DNA of 64,000 bases from Sporopachydermia quercuum (taxonomy: Eukaryota): NCBI GenBank assembly GCA_001599295.1, contig BCGN01000008.1, forward strand, positions 682,001-746,000. Direction: 5' to 3'. The notes beneath the pieces are model-generated. The model had not been told where the DNA came from, searched no databases, and saw nothing but the letters and a program-made list of their open reading frames with translations. Positions 58,264 through 64,000 of the stretch are shown piece after piece; position 1 is the first letter of the stretch; each line of letters opens with the position of its first letter. Made by a program: the position numbers and the translations under genes.

Positions 58264-60419
58264 ATTGTAGTTTTGTATGGACTGATATGAAATGAGACGT
58301 GAAGTTAAATGAAGTGGTTCAGGTGGAGAAGTGGAGAGATGCGGAGCAAAGTAGATAGAGTAGTGTCTTGTTGCATGGAGAGTCGGGAGTAGCAGAAAAC
58401 AAGATAATAAGATAAGCTGAGAATGTTTTGAAAAGTTACTACTGGAATACTTAGAGACAAGAATAGAATTTCTGGGTATTATATCTATTCATTTTCAACA
58501 TGGCCATAGAGAAAAGAAGAAGGGTAAAAAAAAGATTGCCGAGAGACGGGTCTAAAATAAGGTTTCTAATTACGAAACCTACAGACCCTTCCTCAGTTGG
58601 CAAATCAAAATAAGGTTTTGTTTAAGTCAGTGAATTTATGCAGAAGCTAATAAGAAGAACAGATTGAGGAAGTGATATGCAATTGTCATATTTACAGTAG
58701 TATTCATACGCATTATGAAATAATTATTGGGCTAAGAAGAGTAAATAAAGTAGTTTGAAGTTTTAAGTATGATTGAACATGAGGGTCAAAGTATCATTCC
58801 TTTACACTATGGCATCCATGGGATCGTCATCTCTGCAATTACACCTATGTCATTTGTAGAACAGGTTTTCATCAGCGAAAGAACTCAGACAAGTCAGTCC
58901 ACCTATTGATAATTATAGAAAAACTGGAGAAATGTTAGATTGACATAATGGAGTATACAAGAGCATATCGTTTGACGATACCTTTGTCTAAATTCTTATC
59001 GTCATAATCAAGCAGTCGAGCATGATACATGATAATTTCAGTAACGTTTCTACTACTTTCTTTGAACTATTTATTTCTATCGTTTTATCATATTGCCTAC
59101 CTAATGGGTTATCTATTCCAATTTAAGCCATATTATGTTTCCTTTTAGTAAGGTTTATTTCCAGTAACACCAGGGTAGTCTTAAACACTGGTGAAAAGGC
59201 TTTATTCGACAACAGGAAAAATTTCTGAGATCAGTTAGTGCAGTGGGCGTAAACATAAGTTCTCGTTACGTAGATCAGAAAGTCTCAGCATAAAAGAAGC
59301 TAAGGAAATCCACATTGAAAACCTGGAAAGTATGGATCACGGGTTTATCATGAGAGTGTGTCTAAACAGCCAAGAATAATTGAGACTTCATGAGTCTTAT
59401 CAGAATGAAGTACCGAAATAGAAGTAACATTTTCTAGTTTGACACTGTTCATAATTAACTATGTCTATACGGTGAATCATCAATTGGTATCTTCTACATT
59501 CTAAAAAATCTATATTTCGAACCACATTAGCTTCTCACAATAAAAGGACACACTATTGTTTAATATTTCGTGCACTTTCTCTAACGGAAAAAAAAAATTC
59601 CCGATTCACACCATTCCAATTTCTTTCTTAGGATTATTGTTCATTGTTTTATTAATTTATCATTCACCAGTTTCCTTTTATCCTTCGAGGAAGTGCCTTG
59701 TCTTGAGAAGAATCTACTGATACATTTATTCAAGAGGGTCTGAAGAAGAACTTAGATCCCACATTGTAAGAAAGTTTCGAACCTCACCGTTTTGGACGTA
59801 AGATTTAAACTTAGTATCTAAGTGAGGAACGGCTCCAGCTTTTCTATTTTCATTCTTGTTACTACATAATAGGATACACACCTTTTTCTTTGCTTTCAGT
59901 CTACTTAACTTAGGTTTTGGTTGTTGACTGATATTTGCAACTAGAAAGGACAATGGAAGGTGTATGAAAGTGTCAAGAAGACAGTAACAGGAAGCTTGAA
60001 ACAGCAGTTAAATACAGAACATCTGGAGAATTTAAGGACCAGGTGACGCGTCTGAACCAAAAACATACCCCTATCATCTTATCAGTGAATCACTACACTG
60101 ATTGCCCAGAATTAATACTGAAGATCATTATTGGGATAGAATCATTGGTCAGAAATATTTCAGAAGAATTGGGTATTATACTGGTTACTTCATAGTAATT
60201 CTAAAATAGAGGAATCTCCTACTCTTTTTTTTAAACGATAGATTACGGGGATAGTTAAAGCATCAAAATACCTTTTTGCAGTCAAGGAATTAGCTTCACA
60301 TTTATCATTAAGAGACACCTCAAGCGTCAAAGCAACGTTAACTAATAACAAAGTCAATCTCCAATAATCACATTCTCATACTTAAATCTTGTATTCCAAA
60401 TGATACTAGTGCATAGAAA

Positions 60420-61895
60420 ATGACGGCAGATGCAAGACAACGCCTTCAGCAAGCGATTGAACAAGATAACCTGCTGATAGTGAAAAGACTTCTAAGAAGA
60501 TATCCAGCGCTTTTAACATCAATTGATCCAAAGAATGGCTGGTCACCATTACATTACGCTGGATATCATGGTGCATATCTGATATGTGTGCATATTCTTG
60601 GCCTTTTCAATTCTCCCAATTATACATACTTGGATGTTCTACACAAGGACTTTGAAGGATACAACCCATTACATCTGGCAATAAAACAAAATCATGAACA
60701 AACTGTTCATTTATTACTACAAAGAATTCCTAACAGTATTGATTCTCGTGATAAGAAAGATAGAACAGCTTTAATGATTGCCGCTCAGTTCAACTGTGAA
60801 GAATGTTTAAGACTTTTAATCGATCTAGGAGCCAACCTTGATGCAATTGATGAACAACAAAACACAGCATTACACTACGCGGCCGAATTTGGTAATATAA
60901 ACATTGTTCGAGATTTGCTTTATGCAGGAGCAAAGTATGAGTGCAAAAATTCGAAAGGATGGAAACCACAAGAAATTTGCAGTAGCTACGAAGTAGAACA
61001 ACAGTTTAAGCAGATACTAAAGAATTATGCAGATGACAAGGAGAAAAGAGTTCTTGCGCATTCAGACTCAAAGAGTAAATCAAATTCATCGCCATCTTCT
61101 CATTCAAACTCTTTCACAAGTGCAAACTATGCATTTGATCTAGATGATATTGGATCTACATATGCATTATTCTCGGGCAACAGTAATAGCAGCACTACAG
61201 GATTAAATGCTGTTGATAAACGCTTGCATTCTAATTCATTGCCTCCTTTACCATCTGTTACAACATCACGCCGTCGAGGCTCCACATCTGCTTCCACACG
61301 TACACCTGAGCAAGTGAACGGTTTGCCTGCGGTATCAACTAGCTCAAATCATCTTGGAAGTTTATCGTCTCAATCATCACATGTATCTCAAAGACCATCT
61401 TCTATGATGACAACATCTCCTATATCATCTACAGCATCCTATTCTCGTACATATTCAATTGCCTCTAATGATGGCCAACTAAATAACCTGCATGCAGCAT
61501 CGTCATCAACCATAAGCCTAAGATCACTTGATACACAGTCGCCATTGGCCAAAATACCGATAACTCCCAGCAAACCCAAACTTCACCTTAATACAAATAT
61601 ATCTATTCCAACCTCCGGACCAAATTCTGCTTCCAGTGGATATTTGCCTGAAGGCAATCACGATAACGCTTCACTCTATTTGCACTCTAACAACAGCAGT
61701 GGTGGTGGTATTCATGGCAGCCATTCTAATAATAATGGATTCTCAATTTCTACAACACCATTGTCAGTTTCTAGCATAGGGATGAAAAGTATATCATCAG
61801 GGCTTGGCGTATTAAACTCTACTCGAACGAAGATTGTTGATGTTCCTTTCAATGCCTTCAAAAGGCTGGAAAGGAAACGACCTGTTTATGATTGA
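60420..61895 (+). CDS. AVO2: Ankyrin-repeat TORC2 subunit Avo2
   Basis: RL..AI...NLLIVKRLLRR.P.LLT.ID..NGWS.LHYA.YHG.YLICV, HEQTVHLLLQ, further ankyrin repeats and a Ser-rich tail with LPPLP.V.TSRR. Confidence 0.9.
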   Translation: MTADARQRLQQAIEQDNLLIVKRLLRRYPALLTSIDPKNGWSPLHYAGYHGAYLICVHILGLFNSPNYTYLDVLHKDFEGYNPLHLAIKQNHEQTVHLLLQRIPNSIDSRDKKDRTALMIAAQFNCEECLRLLIDLGANLDAIDEQQNTALHYAAEFGNINIVRDLLYAGAKYECKNSKGWKPQEICSSYEVEQQFKQILKNYADDKEKRVLAHSDSKSKSNSSPSSHSNSFTSANYAFDLDDIGSTYALFSGNSNSSTTGLNAVDKRLHSNSLPPLPSVTTSRRRGSTSASTRTPEQVNGLPAVSTSSNHLGSLSSQSSHVSQRPSSMMTTSPISSTASYSRTYSIASNDGQLNNLHAASSSTISLRSLDTQSPLAKIPITPSKPKLHLNTNISIPTSGPNSASSGYLPEGNHDNASLYLHSNNSSGGGIHGSHSNNNGFSISTTPLSVSSIGMKSISSGLGVLNSTRTKIVDVPFNAFKRLERKRPVYD

Positions 61896-64000
61896 ACTAC
61901 CATTTTGAAGATTTAAGATCTATCTTTATTCTTCCTTGGTATCAACGGTTTATTTTATTTATTCGGCATGGGCTTAGGTTTAATCACAGATTTTATTTTT
62001 ATTTTGAATGTATATTGTTGTATATTAAAAATTAGTTTTTGTAAATGGAAGTCTGGATAACTGTTTGCTTTACTCTGCACTCCTCTGAGAGTATTGAGTA
62101 TTAATAGAATAGTGGTAAAACGACGAAGCCTATGGCAACATTCCCTACCCTGCTTCATTAGTAGTAGTGAATCATTGGAGCAACCATCTGTAGTTTTTTT
62201 CCTTCTTCCGCTAGAAAATGTAACCTTTATAACTTCCTACATATTCCAAGACTTTCCTCATTACATTCACCACTGTGATTGTTATTATCAATGGTTCGTA
62301 GCCATCTATTCATCGCATGTAACAAAATTTAGCCGCCTTGATTTCATGTCCAAATTTGTTTAGTATTCCGTGATTAGAAATAGAGTCTGGTTCAGGAAGG
62401 TTGTTTCTTTATTGGGTAAGTCATTTTGCTTTTCGTTTTCCCAATATCTTTTCCGAAGCTCCAACAGGTTCAAACAATCAAACGGAGAACATAGGCATAG
62501 CAAGAGAAGAATTACAAAAAAAAAGAGTCAAAGTAATAAATAAATAAAAAAAATAAAAAAAAAATTATTAGTAGAAGAAATTAATGGGTCAATATAACAA
62601 TTTGGAAATCTTTGGAGGAATTCAGAGGACGGAGACCACGCAGATAAGTTTAGTTGTAGTAATCAAGTAGAATAGTAAGTGTAATTGTTGCTCTAGCTTC
62701 TAAAGAGAAGGAAGACTATGAGCTTTCAGCAGGGAGTGATATCTTTTAGAATATACGATCAAGAACATAAGTTTTGAGCATATCTACTGGGTAGAACAAA
62801 TAAAGAACTATGCATGATCCGTAAGAAGTGTAGGTACATTTCTGAAAACCGTTTGCTCTTGACAACTGGCCAACCAGAAATCTAATCTTTCCACATGATC
62901 AAGGTGAATGCACCGAGCATAAAGCCATAGGAACTTCTTACTATTGCTGTCAAAAATGACAGTCACAAGATTTGGAGTTTTCCTAACAACGCAACATCGT
63001 CCTTACACATTCCGTACCAATGTTTCACATACTATTCTATCAATCAATCGCTTCATTTGACCTGGAGAATACCGTAAAATGCTAAAAGCAAATGATCTGC
63101 AATAGTCTTAATACAGATACTAGAAATGATAGGACGCAACTGAAAATCTTTAAGCGTCTAACTATAACCTTTGCTTTTCCTATCCATAATTGGTACCTGA
63201 TTCGCTTTCAACCAATGACGCTTACTGGCGTAAGCATTCTTGAAAAAATGAAAAATTTGATTCGAGAATCTCAAAGGTTAGAGTTTGGAACAAGTGCATG
63301 ACTTTAGCTTAACTTAAATATTGGGTTCCAGACTTATTATATAAACATATGCAATACATCTGCAAAGCAACTGATAGGTGACAAACTTTAAAAGTCGAGA
63401 TTTTTATCCATTTTGTGGCAAAAGATGATTATAGCTACTCATCAGAAACCCAGTACAATGTATTGAATAAAAAAAGAGAGAAATAGCAGAACTTCTTTAT
63501 TCTCTCAGCCTGTCTCTATTCATTTGATTTTCATATATTACTCTTTGGTGTTATGTGCCAATTCATATTTTCCATTTAGGGTTCTCCAACTCATTCTTAC
63601 CAAATCCGGACAGAAGGTAAATTTCAGGCATTAACTCTAGTACTTAGAGTTATAACACAACTACTCTTCTAGGTACAATCCGATCTTTAAAGAATCAATA
63701 TTACATTCAGNTATACTGCATATATGGTTTGGATTTTAAGTATAACGGCCAACTGAGGGGCAAAAGACAGCATTAAGATCAGAAGAGGTTCATAATGAGA
63801 TCAGAGGAGTTCGGCTAATACGCTCTATAATTGATTTTATTGGTTGAAAAGAATCTGAGAACAGAAAATAGATTACATAGATACCTAACCAACGTTATGA
63901 TGAAAAAAAGTTACAGTACTTTTTGTCGTGTACTATATTCCATTATTAATTAATATTAAACAAACTTGTTAATAATTTCTTTCTTCCATAGCTTGAGTGG

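Noticed and set aside
61955..64000. Short ORFs in the last 2 kb
   Set aside because: No recognisable product; consistent with terminator or promoter DNA of flanking genes.

Overview
Gene-dense, AT-rich nuclear DNA of a budding yeast (Saccharomycotina), probably an early-diverging lineage. It uses the standard code (CUG=Leu), retains eIF3f and Tudor-SN, and has fairly frequent spliceosomal introns with degenerate branch points. I support 21 protein-coding genes: FMS1-like, LRG1, MCP2-like, eIF3f, IFH1, GTB1, Svf1-family, F-box/RPEL, KRE6/SKN1, ATP2, Tudor-SN, CLU1, AVL9, RNA15, DST1, an uncharacterised mitochondrial protein, SAN1, COG7, KAP122, FRA1 and AVO2. Seven of them needed manual intron reconstruction (10 introns). 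I recognised no tRNA, rRNA, transposon or CRISPR. The most notable signals are: an unassigned ~300-nt nested-stem candidate ncRNA between ATP2 and Tudor-SN; a triple 3' splice-site choice in TFIIS; a CCG/CGG-dense block inside the IFH1 coding sequence; an F-box+RPEL protein in a deeply conserved synteny block; and a Puf3-element-bearing orphan mitochondrial protein. All homology calls are from remembered motifs, not from database searches.
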